DNA of 64,000 bases from Synergistaceae bacterium. Its GTDB lineage: Bacteria; Synergistota; Synergistia; Synergistales; Aminobacteriaceae. The position numbers were made by a program, and so were the translations under genes. The notes below the pieces were generated by a model. That model worked only from the letters and a program-made list of their open reading frames with translations, did no database searches and was not told the DNA's origin. The stretch spans positions 26,953-90,952 of the forward strand of contig JAHDLC010000012.1 of the NCBI GenBank assembly GCA_018436595.1, given 5' to 3'. Numbering within the stretch: position 1 is the stretch's first letter; the number at the start of each line of letters is the position of its first letter. Shown here in pieces: positions 37,930 to 47,631 of this stretch.

Positions 37930-39621
37930 ATGGTCACATTCGCACACGGGCGGAGGGAGATCCGGCTCCTCGCCCGGGATCCTCTTCTCGCGTTTCTGGT
38001 AGTGCTCCTCTTTCTCTCCCTGGCCCTCTTCGTGGCCTATCCCCTGCTCTCGGTGCTCGTGAAGAGCCTCCAGAGCGACGAAGGGACCTTCACCTTCGGG
38101 AACTACACCCGCTTTCTCACCTTCAAATATCTCCGATCGTCCTTATGGAACAGCCTCATCACCGGCTTCGCCACGGCGGCGGCCAGCGTGGCGGTGGGCT
38201 ACGCGGCGGCCTTCACCATCACCCGGACGTCGATCCGGTGGAAGAAAGCCCTCCACCTTGTCTTCATCCTGCCCATCATCTCCCCGCCCTTCACGAGCGC
38301 TCTCTCCATCCTCATGCTCTTCGGCGCCAACGGCCTCATCACCCGGGGACTGCTGGGCATACGGAACTACAACATCTACGGCTTCAAGGGAGTGCTTCTC
38401 TCCCAGATCTTCACCTTCGCCCCCGTGGCCTACCTCACCCTGAAGGGGGTGCTTGAATCGCTGAACCCCACCCTGGAGGACGCCGCCATGAACGTAGGAG
38501 CAGGCAGGATGCAGACCTTCCTCAGGGTAACCTTGCCCCTCAGCCTTCCGGGCATCGCCAGCGCCTTCCTCGTGGTGCTCATCGAATCCCTGGCGGACTT
38601 CGGCAACCCCCTGGTGCTCGCCGGAAGCCGGTTCCCCATGCTCTCCACCCAGGCCTACCTGGAGATCACCGGCTCCTTCAACCTTCCCCTGGGAGCGGCC
38701 CTCGCCGTGGTGCTCCTCATCCCGTCCATCACGTCCTTCGCCATCCAGAGGTACTACCTCCAGAAAAGGCAGTACACCACCGTGACGGGAAAGCCCACCG
38801 CCTCGTCGTCGAAGCTGGTCAGCCGGGGGGCCCGGCGGGGGCTCGTCACGTTCGCGGCCCTGTTCTCCGGCTTCGTTCTCCTCTTCTACGGCACCATTTT
38901 CCTCGGGGCCTTCACCAGGGTCTGGGGGTACGACTTCTCCCCCACTCTCGATCATTTTTCATACGCCTTCGGCGTCGGCATGGGGACCATCCGGGACACC
39001 CTTATCGTGGCCCTCTGCTCCACGCCCCTCTCGGGGTTCCTGGGAATGCTCATCGCCTTCCTCGTTGTCCGCACATCCTTTCCCGGCAAGGGGCTCATGG
39101 AGTTCACCTCCATCCTTAATTTCGCCGTGCCGGGAACCGTCATCGGCATCGGCTACATCCTCGCCTTCAACCGGCCTCCCGTAGTGCTCATGGGGACCCT
39201 GGCGATCCTGGTGCTGAACTTCGTCTTCCGGTACATCCCCGTGGGCATCCAGTCGGGCATCGCCGTGCTCCGGCAGATCGACCCCTCCATCGAGGAAGCG
39301 GCCCAGAACCTGGGAGCGGACAGGATGACCACCTTCCGCAAGGTCACCCTGCCCATCATCGCACCGGCCTTCTTCTCGGGCCTTGTCTTCGCCTTCGTCC
39401 GGGCCATGACCGCCATCAGCGCCGCCATTTTCCTGGTGTCGGCCAACTGGAACCTGCTCACCGTGCAGATCCTCAACCAGGTGGGCTCAGGAAGGCTCGG
39501 CGTCGCCGCCGCCTTCAGCGTGATTCTCGTGGTCATCGTCGTAACGGCCATGGCCGTCATCGCGCGCCTCGTCCCCGGCCGGACCGGGGGTATGGCGGCA
39601 ATCCGGATACAGGAGGAATAA
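37930..39621 (+). CDS. ABC transporter permease (fused double domain, AfuB/FbpB-like)
   Basis: Two EAA loops (LEDAAMNVGA, IEEAAQNLGA); LADFGNP. Confidence 0.9.
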   Translation: MVTFAHGRREIRLLARDPLLAFLVVLLFLSLALFVAYPLLSVLVKSLQSDEGTFTFGNYTRFLTFKYLRSSLWNSLITGFATAAASVAVGYAAAFTITRTSIRWKKALHLVFILPIISPPFTSALSILMLFGANGLITRGLLGIRNYNIYGFKGVLLSQIFTFAPVAYLTLKGVLESLNPTLEDAAMNVGAGRMQTFLRVTLPLSLPGIASAFLVVLIESLADFGNPLVLAGSRFPMLSTQAYLEITGSFNLPLGAALAVVLLIPSITSFAIQRYYLQKRQYTTVTGKPTASSSKLVSRGARRGLVTFAALFSGFVLLFYGTIFLGAFTRVWGYDFSPTLDHFSYAFGVGMGTIRDTLIVALCSTPLSGFLGMLIAFLVVRTSFPGKGLMEFTSILNFAVPGTVIGIGYILAFNRPPVVLMGTLAILVLNFVFRYIPVGIQSGIAVLRQIDPSIEEAAQNLGADRMTTFRKVTLPIIAPAFFSGLVFAFVRAMTAISAAIFLVSANWNLLTVQILNQVGSGRLGVAAAFSVILVVIVVTAMAVIARLVPGRTGGMAAIRIQEE

Positions 39622-39625
39622 TCCC

Positions 39626-40699
39626 GTGAAACTTCGCATCAACTCTCTCGTCAAGGATTTCGGCAGCTTCGACGATCCGGGAGGCCTCTTCCGCGCCGTG
39701 GATTCCGTCTCCCTGGAGGTGGACGACGGGGAGCTCGTCACCCTGCTCGGGCCGTCGGGGTGCGGCAAGACCACCCTGCTCCGGATGGTGGCGGGGTTCG
39801 AGGACCCCACCTCAGGCGGCATCTTCTTCGGCGAACAGCGGATGAACGACGTCCCTCCGAACAAGAGGAACGCCGCCATGGTCTTCCAGTCCTACGCCAT
39901 CTTCCCCCACCTGAACGTGCGGGACAACATCGCCTTCGGGCTGCGGCTCAGAAAGCTGACGGGCATGGAAATCCGCGAGCGGACGGAGAAGGTGGTGGAC
40001 CTGGTGGGGCTCGGCGGCATGGAGGCACGCCAGCCAAGCCAGCTCTCGGGGGGACAGCAGCAGCGGGTCGCCCTTGCAAGGGCGGTGGTGATGGAACCTT
40101 CCCTGCTCCTCTTTGACGAACCCCTGTCGAACCTGGACGCCAAGCTCAGGGAGCAGATGAGGATCGACATCCGGAAACTCCAGCAGCGGCTGGGGATCAC
40201 CAGCATCTACGTCACCCACGACCAGATCGAGGCCATGAGCATCTCCGACAGGGTGGTGGTGATGAACCGGGGAAAAATCGAGCAGACGGGAGCCCCAAGG
40301 GAGCTGTACTCAAAACCGGCGAACCGCTTCGTGGCCTCCTTCATCGGGAAGGCCGCCTTCCTCCCGGGAGAAAAGACGGCGACAGGATGGACTCTTCTCG
40401 GAAGGCCGTGGAATCCGGAAGCGGGAGGATACCTGCCTCAGGGAAAATACGACGTCATGATCCGCCCGGAGGGAATCCGGCTCTCTCCCGCAGGAAGCGG
40501 GCTGGGACACCTCAAGGGAACGGTTATCCGGTCCACCTACCTCGGCAGCCTCATGGAATACGAAGTGGACCTCCCCGGCACGGAACCGCTCACAGTACAT
40601 ATCCCAAACCCTTTTGAACGGAATCCCCTCGCTCCGGGGGCCGCGGCGGAGCTCACGCTGATACCGGAAGGCCTCCATTTTCTTCCGGCGGAAAAATAG
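39626..40699 (+). CDS. ABC transporter ATP-binding protein (PotA/FbpC-like)
   Basis: GPSGCGKT, LSGGQQQR, DEPLSNLD, VTHDQ; TOBE-like C-terminus. Confidence 0.95.
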   Translation: MKLRINSLVKDFGSFDDPGGLFRAVDSVSLEVDDGELVTLLGPSGCGKTTLLRMVAGFEDPTSGGIFFGEQRMNDVPPNKRNAAMVFQSYAIFPHLNVRDNIAFGLRLRKLTGMEIRERTEKVVDLVGLGGMEARQPSQLSGGQQQRVALARAVVMEPSLLLFDEPLSNLDAKLREQMRIDIRKLQQRLGITSIYVTHDQIEAMSISDRVVVMNRGKIEQTGAPRELYSKPANRFVASFIGKAAFLPGEKTATGWTLLGRPWNPEAGGYLPQGKYDVMIRPEGIRLSPAGSGLGHLKGTVIRSTYLGSLMEYEVDLPGTEPLTVHIPNPFERNPLAPGAAAELTLIPEGLHFLPAEK

Positions 40700-40727
40700 A
40701 AAAAGGGGAGAGCCTTAGGCTCTCCCC
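40700..40727. terminator. Terminator between convergent genes
   Basis: AAAAAGGGGAGAGCC-TTA-GGCTCTCCCC; T-tract on the minus strand. Confidence 0.75.
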
Positions 40728-40742
40728 GGAAACCATTCCCTT

Positions 40743-41972
40743 TTACGGACAGCTGCATCCGCCTCCGCTGCCCCCGTTGCCTCCCTCTCCTCCGCCGCTT
40801 CCCGTATCTGCAGGAGACTGGTAATCTCTCCGTGCGTTCAGGCTTTCCAGGAAAGCCTGCCTGTCGGGGGCGTTCAGGTACCCGGCCAGTTCCTCCGGTG
40901 AAAGGGTTCTTCTCCCTGTCGTATTGGCAATCTCGTCCCCGGTGGCTCCGAGAACGGCCAGGGTGATTTCCTTCGGGTCACCGCTCACCACTCCGATCAG
41001 GGACGTAGCCTGGTTTATTCGGGTCGTCGCCGTTTCGACATCCCCCGCGCCTCTTCCCCCATGGATCTGGCTCATGTCGTTGGCAAAAGAAACACAGGCC
41101 CCGACATTCGCGGCCGTGTAGACAGCCACGGCGGTCAGGGCTCCCGCAGTCGATACGGCGGGGGCAGAAATGACTACAACAAGACCTACACCCGCAAGGG
41201 TAATCGCCGTGACGAACTTCGTTCCCGCCATGGCCGTCGCCCAGTTCTTCTGTCCGACAACGCTGCCGATTTTGTGATGTCCTGCGGCGACTTTGTCAGC
41301 GACCCATCCCACGGCGTTCTTCAGTCCTCTGCCGATGCTGGAAGCCGTATTCTGGACCGTCTGCGCCGCCCTGGAAAAACCGTCCATAACGGCACCGAAC
41401 TCCTTGTTCAGCTGTTTTCCTACCTCCTGCATCTGGTATTCCATCTCGTCCATCGGGGTATCAAAAGCAATTGCCGGAGAAGCGGCGAGCACCTCCACGA
41501 GGAACGGGAAGACTTCAAAAAGCTCGTCCAGGGCTGCCGAAAAACTCTCCGGGCCTGCCTCTCCCTTCAGAGCCACCCTGACTATCCTCACTGAATCCTC
41601 CAGGCGTTTTCCCGCCTTTTCAAGGGCGTCGCAGGCCTCGACGGCATGATTCAGCCGGGCCTTCATCTCCTCCCCGGTCGCTTCTCTTGTGTCAAGCTCT
41701 TCGAGATTCCTCAGCGCAAGGCTCGCCTGAATGCCTGTGAGCCGAACAAGCTCGAGGCTGTCCGCCAGCCGCGTTTTCTGGTTCTTCGGCAGGTCGAGCC
41801 TGGCTACCGTTCCCTTGCTGCTCTCCCCGCGGGAGGACGGGGCTGGTTTCCCGTTTTTCTTCACCGGGGCGGCTCCACCTCCGGAACTCTCAAAAGTGAC
41901 TGCCTCCACCACTGAGGAAAAACCCGTGAGGAAAAGAAACAAAACAAGAAAAATTCCGCTCGCTTTCCGCAT
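40743..41972 (-). CDS. Hypothetical exported protein with hydrophobic hairpin and Gly-rich GGGCSCP tail
   Basis: Signal peptide MRKASGIFLVLFLFL..VEA; helical N-half; Gly/Ala-rich hydrophobic segment; 409-aa open frame. Confidence 0.75.
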   Translation of the reverse strand: MRKASGIFLVLFLFLTGFSSVVEAVTFESSGGGAAPVKKNGKPAPSSRGESSKGTVARLDLPKNQKTRLADSLELVRLTGIQASLALRNLEELDTREATGEEMKARLNHAVEACDALEKAGKRLEDSVRIVRVALKGEAGPESFSAALDELFEVFPFLVEVLAASPAIAFDTPMDEMEYQMQEVGKQLNKEFGAVMDGFSRAAQTVQNTASSIGRGLKNAVGWVADKVAAGHHKIGSVVGQKNWATAMAGTKFVTAITLAGVGLVVVISAPAVSTAGALTAVAVYTAANVGACVSFANDMSQIHGGRGAGDVETATTRINQATSLIGVVSGDPKEITLAVLGATGDEIANTTGRRTLSPEELAGYLNAPDRQAFLESLNARRDYQSPADTGSGGGEGGNGGSGGGCSCP

Positions 41973-42184
41973 TGCCGCTCCACCGCCTTTCACATAATTC
42001 TCAACTCGTCCGCAGGCTCCCCGAAGCTTCCTGCGATAATGAGCCCGGACAGCCGATACAGCACCACATTCCGTCGCACCGGCAAAAACTCTCTTTACAT
42101 TAAAAGACGTTCAAAAATACAATAAAAAAGGAGAATATACAGGCAAAAACAACCAACACCCAAGGGACTCAAGACTCATTCAAG

Positions 42185-42213
42185 TTGAAAACACAGGCTT
42201 ATTGTTTTATAAT
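42185..42213 (+). promoter_or_regulatory. Sigma70-type promoter for the exported-protein operon
   Basis: TTGAAA-N17-TATAAT in an AT-rich intergenic region. Confidence 0.7.
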
Positions 42214-42315
42214 TATACATCAAAATGATCCACATGATTGTTATTTTTTCCTTCTTCGCTTTGTATGCTTTTACGTTGTGATTTTTTTTTCGGACAGACG
42301 AGAGGGGGATTCAAG

Positions 42316-43281
42316 ATGCTTCCAAAAAAAATGTTCCGATGCCTGCTGCTGGTTCTTCTGTTGGCCCTTCCCTCATGGGGGGAGGAACTGGTTCTTCCTC
42401 CGATTGAGGAACTGCCGGCGGGAGAAACTCCCCCCGCCGCCCCGGTCATTCCCTCCCTTCCTGCTGTTCCTGCCGTTGACGCGGTCCCGGCTTTCGAGAC
42501 AAGCGGTTCTACAGGGCAGCCTCCTGCTCCTCCGGCAGGGGGAGACGTGCTGGATGAAACGGAGTTCGCAAAGATCAACTGGACAGGGGACTACGTGGAG
42601 GCAACCGGTCAGGCTGTGCCTCCCCCGGGAATGGAAAATTCTCCCCAGGGCAAGCTTCTTGCCCGTCGGGGCGCCGTGGTGGATCTCCAGCGGAACCTTC
42701 TCGAGGCCGTCCAGGGAGTGAAGGTCGACTCGAAAACCATCATGACCGATTTTATGGCCTCCGACCTTGTCAGGACCGAGGTGCAGGGCCTGATCAAAGG
42801 CGTGGAGGTCCAGGAAGGCTCATGGGACGGAGCCGTCTATACCGTCAAGGGGAGGGTGAAGCTTGAGAAGGTCCGGGCCGCCGTGCTGCCGGCCCTGCCG
42901 AAGCAGCCCGGAAAAAAGGCCGTTCCCTCGCTCCAGCCGAAAACAGGCGGAGCGTCGGGGCTCCTTGTGGATGCCCGCCATCTTCCTCTGATCCCCGCCC
43001 TGATCTTTCGTATAGTGGACGGAAACGGAAAGGAAGTGTACGGGCTCGACTTCGTCGACCAGGAACGTTTTCTCGCTTCAGGCCTCTGCGACTACCATAC
43101 GAATATCGACTACGCGCGGGGGGCTCCCCGCATCGCGTCGTCCCCCCTGGTGATCAAGGCAGTCAAAACGGTGTCCCCCGGAAATGCGGATCTGGTGATT
43201 TCGAACGCCGATGCGGCAAAAATACGGGGAAACGCCTTCGACTTCCGGATTCCCTGCAGGGTAACCGTGGTGAAGCGGTGA
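42316..43281 (+). CDS. Exported protein with LPP20-like domain
   Basis: Signal peptide, Pro-rich linker, INWT..VEATG..LARRGAVVDLQRNLLE..GV.VDS.T; GAGGGGG RBS. Confidence 0.7.
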   Translation: MLPKKMFRCLLLVLLLALPSWGEELVLPPIEELPAGETPPAAPVIPSLPAVPAVDAVPAFETSGSTGQPPAPPAGGDVLDETEFAKINWTGDYVEATGQAVPPPGMENSPQGKLLARRGAVVDLQRNLLEAVQGVKVDSKTIMTDFMASDLVRTEVQGLIKGVEVQEGSWDGAVYTVKGRVKLEKVRAAVLPALPKQPGKKAVPSLQPKTGGASGLLVDARHLPLIPALIFRIVDGNGKEVYGLDFVDQERFLASGLCDYHTNIDYARGAPRIASSPLVIKAVKTVSPGNADLVISNADAAKIRGNAFDFRIPCRVTVVKR

Positions 43282-43285
43282 GATC

Positions 43286-44419
43286 ATGAGAAGATCTTTT
43301 GCCGCCCTTTGCATTCTGCTGTCGGTTCTGATTCCCCGGCCCGCTGCATGGAGCGCCGACCCTGTTGCCGTACAGGCCGAAGGAATGGCTGCCGTTATTG
43401 AAGGAAACACCGCCCGTGCCCGTGAGGAAGCCACCCGCCATCTGTACAGGGACGCCGTCGAGAAGGCCCTGGGCGCCTACGTCCAGGGGATCACCGAGAT
43501 GAAGGATTTCGCCGTCGTCAGGGACAGGGTTTTTTCCCAGTCCCAGGGAATAGTGACTTCAACGAAAAACCTGGCGGAGACCCTCGGACAGGACGGCATT
43601 CTTCGCCTCACGGCGGACTGCACTGTTTCCACGACCGTTCTCGACGGGGTTCTCGGTCCCGCCGTCATCGACATGCTCGGCAACCCGAGGGTCATGGTGC
43701 TGGTGGACGAAGTGGTGGAAGGAGAGCGGCAGTTCCTCTCCACTGCTGAAGGAGAGGTGCTGCGGGTTTTTCAGAAGGCGGGCTACCTGATCGTGGACCC
43801 GGCGCAGGCGGGAGTCATCAGGGAAGGAGAACTCGAGGCCGCCAGGCTCTCGGGCGACCCGGCGAAACTCCGGGAAGTGGCAAAATCCTTCCGCTCCGAT
43901 GTGCTGATCCACGGCAAGGCCCAGGGAAATTCCTTCGCCAGGCAGAAGATTGAAGGCGTTACCCTGTTCGGTGTGCGGTCCCAGCTCCAGCTCAAGGCCG
44001 TCATCACCCAGAACGCCGTCGTTCTGGGAACGGAGATCGCCGAAGCGAAGACCAAAGGGACATCCCCCGGGGACGGAGCGGTGAAGGGTTTCACCACCCT
44101 CGCTCCCAGATCGGCGGCGGAACTCGTCCACAAGGTGGCCTATGCCCTCGTGAGCGGGTCTTCCGGCGGCATTCCTGGGAGGACGTACCGGGTCTCCGTA
44201 TCCGGCGTTTCGTTCAGCGAAGCCAGAAACCTCCGGGAAGGCCTGGCGGGAAAGAAGGGTATAACGGGGGTTTACCAGAGAAGCTTTGCCGACAGGACTC
44301 TCGAGATGGACGTGACGGCGGAGCTCACATCTGAAGAGGTGGCCCTTGCCCTGGAAGCCCTCGGCGTTGAGGTAACCGGCCTGACCGGGGGGACCGTTGA
44401 AGGGAGAAAGCATCCATGA
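43286..44419 (+). CDS. Exported protein with FlgT_N-like N-domain and CsgG-like middle domain
   Basis: Signal peptide; V.AEG.A....ARAREEA...AVEKA.G pattern; GY.IVD middle domain. Confidence 0.65.
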   Translation: MRRSFAALCILLSVLIPRPAAWSADPVAVQAEGMAAVIEGNTARAREEATRHLYRDAVEKALGAYVQGITEMKDFAVVRDRVFSQSQGIVTSTKNLAETLGQDGILRLTADCTVSTTVLDGVLGPAVIDMLGNPRVMVLVDEVVEGERQFLSTAEGEVLRVFQKAGYLIVDPAQAGVIREGELEAARLSGDPAKLREVAKSFRSDVLIHGKAQGNSFARQKIEGVTLFGVRSQLQLKAVITQNAVVLGTEIAEAKTKGTSPGDGAVKGFTTLAPRSAAELVHKVAYALVSGSSGGIPGRTYRVSVSGVSFSEARNLREGLAGKKGITGVYQRSFADRTLEMDVTAELTSEEVALALEALGVEVTGLTGGTVEGRKHP

Positions 44420-44865
44420 AAGGGATCCTGCCGCTGTTCCTGCTCCTCTTTCTTCTCGCGGCCGCCCGGGGATGTGCCTCCCTGTCCCTGGAACAGATCG
44501 ATCAGATACGGCGGAACAACGGCGGAGCGGAGGGAATACAGGTGTTCCGGTACGGTGTCGTGGACTGGAGCGGGGGATCCGTCACCGCCGAAGGCAGAGG
44601 CCCCCTTCTCTCCGGTTCACCCCATGACAGGCTTCTGGCCAAAAGGGGAGCCGTTTCCGATGCCCGCCGGAATCTTCTCTGCCTTCTGTACGAAATGAAG
44701 TTCGGCCTTCCGGAAAAGCTGGAGTCCATCGAGGTATCGGGAGAAGTCGTCGAGGGGAACATTGACTTCCAGGGAGTCAGGAACGGCATGTACATCGTCG
44801 AAGTGACCGTTTCGCTGGACAGGTTTCTCTCGGAGAGCCTGATTTTCAGCAGCACGGTGAGGTGA
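44416..44865 (+). CDS. Small exported/possible lipoprotein, LPP20-like paralog of 42316 N-domain
   Basis: VDWSGGSVTAEG..LLAKRGAVSDARRNLL aligns with 42316; signal ends AARGC. Confidence 0.65.
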   Translation: MKGILPLFLLLFLLAAARGCASLSLEQIDQIRRNNGGAEGIQVFRYGVVDWSGGSVTAEGRGPLLSGSPHDRLLAKRGAVSDARRNLLCLLYEMKFGLPEKLESIEVSGEVVEGNIDFQGVRNGMYIVEVTVSLDRFLSESLIFSSTVR

Positions 44866-44870
44866 TTTTC

Positions 44871-45668
44871 ATGAAATGGCGTCCATGGATACTCCTGGTA
44901 TTGCTTGTCATCTCCTGCCTCCTCCTTCCGGATGCCGAAGCCCTGGGAGCCGCCCTTCCTCAAGGAAAGACCATCGCCGTTCTCGTCAGGGGGACACCCT
45001 CTCATGCGGCTGCGACCCGTTCTCTCCTGGTCCGGGCCCTTCTCGACGGGGGCTATCGGGCAGTGGACGAGCAGCAGCTCGAAAAAATCAGGCGCAGCAA
45101 GGCCGCAGCCCTGGCTCTTGAAGGGAATGTGGATGCCATTCTTCAGCTCGGCCGAAGTTTCGGGTTTTCCGTGCTTCTCTCAGGCGCGGTCACCGTTCCG
45201 AAACCGGTGCGAAATGAATTCGGACTTTTTACAGCCACGGCCTCCGTTTCGGTCACGGCCTGCCATGCAGCCAACGGCAGGCAGATTCTGGCCCTGACGG
45301 AATCGGCGAAAGAGATCGGCTACACTCCGGAAGAGGCGGCGCAAAAAGCGGCGGAAAAGGCCGCCTCGTCCGCAGGAGATGTCATCCTGGGAAAAAGAGC
45401 CGCCGGAAAGCCGGAGAACCCGGCGTCAAAATACACAGTCATCGTTTCGCCGGTGAGATCCTTCGCGGAAGCCCACGGCATAGTGGAAAGCTGCAGGGAT
45501 GCCGGAGCCCTCTCCGCTTCCCTTCTGCGGTTCGCCGCCGGAAAGGCCGAGGTGGAGGCGGAGTTCGGAGGAACGGCGGCGCAGCTTGTTGCCGCCCTTC
45601 TTCGGGTTCGCAAGGAGTTCTTCGAAGAGTCCGCGGAGGGGAACGTCATCAGGCTGGGGAAGCAGTGA
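44871..45668 (+). CDS. Exported protein, paralog of the middle and C-terminal domains of 43286
   Basis: Signal peptide; GYRAVDE; YTVIVS.V.SFAEA aligns with YRVSVSGVSFSEA of 43286. Confidence 0.7.
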   Translation: MKWRPWILLVLLVISCLLLPDAEALGAALPQGKTIAVLVRGTPSHAAATRSLLVRALLDGGYRAVDEQQLEKIRRSKAAALALEGNVDAILQLGRSFGFSVLLSGAVTVPKPVRNEFGLFTATASVSVTACHAANGRQILALTESAKEIGYTPEEAAQKAAEKAASSAGDVILGKRAAGKPENPASKYTVIVSPVRSFAEAHGIVESCRDAGALSASLLRFAAGKAEVEAEFGGTAAQLVAALLRVRKEFFEESAEGNVIRLGKQ

Positions 45669-45693
45669 AACGGCCTTTTCATGAAAGGAAGGG

Positions 45694-46413
45694 ATGATGA
45701 TGATCCACGGGAAAAGAATCGCGCTCCTGATGCTCGCAGGGATCCAGTTTTTCCTCGTTCTCTCCGGCACGACGGCTGCACGGGCCGAGGTCAGTCTGTT
45801 CATCGATGCCCATACCGTCCGGGTCCATGATCCCTCTCTCGGGCGCCAGTCAGTTCTCAACGACTTCCGGACAAAAGGTCACCGGACCCACAACTACCTT
45901 GCCCTTGTATGGAGCGAAGATACTGCATGGGTATACGACACCAGGACCCATCAGTGGCTCACCCAGGGAGATTTCCGGACCCTGCTCGGTTCCCTCTCCG
46001 ACGAATTCGCCCTCGTCTGGAACGACAGCGAGGCGGCAGTTTTCGACGCGAAGAAGCAGGAATGGATACGGAGCGAAACCATGCCCTGGACCGTCAGCGG
46101 CGCCCATCTCTCCCGGGGAATGGCCGCTCTCTCCGGAGACGACGGCTTCGTGGTCTACGATCCCGTACTGAAGCAGTGGCAGTACGCCAACGATTTTCCG
46201 GTACTGAAGGCCCAGGTGGGAGATGTGCTTGCGGCGGCATGGGATGCGGACAACCTCGTCCTTTATGATCTGACGGTGCACCAGTGGGTTCTCCGGGAAG
46301 GAATCAGGGCTCAGGCATGTATCATCAACGGACACAAGGCCATTATCTACACCGCGGACAAAATCCTTGAATACGACGCCATGACCCACCGCTGGACCGA
46401 GAAAAACCGGTAG
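45694..46413 (+). CDS. Exported repeat protein (probable beta-propeller)
   Basis: Signal peptide then about six 36-38-aa repeats with [YF]D....W. Confidence 0.75.
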   Translation: MMMIHGKRIALLMLAGIQFFLVLSGTTAARAEVSLFIDAHTVRVHDPSLGRQSVLNDFRTKGHRTHNYLALVWSEDTAWVYDTRTHQWLTQGDFRTLLGSLSDEFALVWNDSEAAVFDAKKQEWIRSETMPWTVSGAHLSRGMAALSGDDGFVVYDPVLKQWQYANDFPVLKAQVGDVLAAAWDADNLVLYDLTVHQWVLREGIRAQACIINGHKAIIYTADKILEYDAMTHRWTEKNR

Positions 46414-46439
46414 GGAAGCCCACGAAAGGAGAATCGGGC

Positions 46440-47597
46440 ATGAAAGAGGCACTCCGCAGAATATCCATTCTTTCCGCAGTTCTTTTCCTGTTCCTTCTCC
46501 CGGGAGCGGAGGGAGCCTCCCTTTCCGTGGCCGTCCAGCCCTTCCTTTCCCAGGGAACGGAATTCCACCTCGGGCCGGCCGTCTCGGACATCGTCTCCAC
46601 CAGCCTGGCCGGGGCCAGGGACATCACGGTGGTCGAACGGATGCGCCTCGCGGAGGTCGCCAGACAGCACCGCCTTTCCATGTCCGGAGTGGTGGATACG
46701 GCAACCGCTGCCACAGCGGGAAAACTCTCCGGGGCCAGGTATTTCATTCTCGGCGCGGTCAGCCGTTTCGGCGCCCTTCTCGTGGTCACCGCACGGCTGG
46801 TGGACGTGGAGTCCGGCAGGGTTCTCGGGAGCTTCGAACAGACTTCACGGCAGGGAGAGGATGAGATCGTCCTTGTCTCGAGAAACCTCTCGGCGGAGCT
46901 TCTGGCCTTTTTCAGCGGAGATGCCCCTGCGCCGGGCGATCCTCTGAAGGACTACAGGTACTATCTCTACGAAGCCCTGGGCTACTACAACCTGGGTGAG
47001 TACAGAAAATCCCTTCCCTTCTGGGAGAAGATGACCCAGCTCAGTCCCCGCAACGGACTCCTCCGGTTCATCGCCGCGGGGATCTACTTCCAGGCGGGGA
47101 GGCACTCCGACGCCCTTATCGCCGCCCAGCAGGCGGTCACATGGGATCCCTCCTTCGCCGAAGCCCATCTTCTCGTCGGGAAAGCCTATTTCCTCCTCGG
47201 GGACAACCATAAGGCCACACCGCCCCTTGACAGGGCCCTGGAGCTGAATCCCAGGCTGACGGAAGCCCTTTTTCTCAAGGGATCGGCCTTCAAAAACAGG
47301 AAGCGGACCGAAGAGGCGGCCGATTTCTTCGTGGAGGCTATCCAGACCGATGAAACCTATGTTCCCGCGTATCTCGCCCTCGGTCAGCTGCTCCTGGAGA
47401 ACGGGGCGGCAGAGGAAGCCGCAGGCGTTCTTCTTTCGGGAATGAAGCACCAGCCGGGCAACGGCAATCTCCGGTTTCTTCTCGGCACGGCCCATCTGAT
47501 GCGGGGCAATCTCCAGGGAGCGAAGGAACAGGCCGCAGCCCTGAAATCCATAGATACTGCGCTGGCAAAAAAACTGGAACAGCTCTGCAGCCAGTGA
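46440..47597 (+). CDS. CsgG/HfaB/FlgO-like domain plus TPR repeats
   Basis: Signal peptide; VVERMRL, AGKLSGARYFILGAV, ARLVDVESG; several TPR-like helix pairs. Confidence 0.8.
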   Translation: MKEALRRISILSAVLFLFLLPGAEGASLSVAVQPFLSQGTEFHLGPAVSDIVSTSLAGARDITVVERMRLAEVARQHRLSMSGVVDTATAATAGKLSGARYFILGAVSRFGALLVVTARLVDVESGRVLGSFEQTSRQGEDEIVLVSRNLSAELLAFFSGDAPAPGDPLKDYRYYLYEALGYYNLGEYRKSLPFWEKMTQLSPRNGLLRFIAAGIYFQAGRHSDALIAAQQAVTWDPSFAEAHLLVGKAYFLLGDNHKATPPLDRALELNPRLTEALFLKGSAFKNRKRTEEAADFFVEAIQTDETYVPAYLALGQLLLENGAAEEAAGVLLSGMKHQPGNGNLRFLLGTAHLMRGNLQGAKEQAAALKSIDTALAKKLEQLCSQ

Positions 47598-47631
47598 GAG
47601 CTGCAATCTGCAGAAAGGGAGTGACGCGATC

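Noticed and set aside
40743-40810. GGGC tail as a SYNERG-CTERM-type sorting signal
   Set aside because: No following transmembrane helix or basic tail; kept only as an unexplained motif
42033-42059. GCCGATAC as a sigma28 -10 box that would tie the exported operon to flagellar control
   Set aside because: No TAAA -35 element at the proper spacing
42185-42721. 178-aa ORF and the 42238 N-terminal extension
   Set aside because: Overlap the promoter and AT-rich intergenic DNA; the real gene starts at ATG 42316 with RBS and signal peptide
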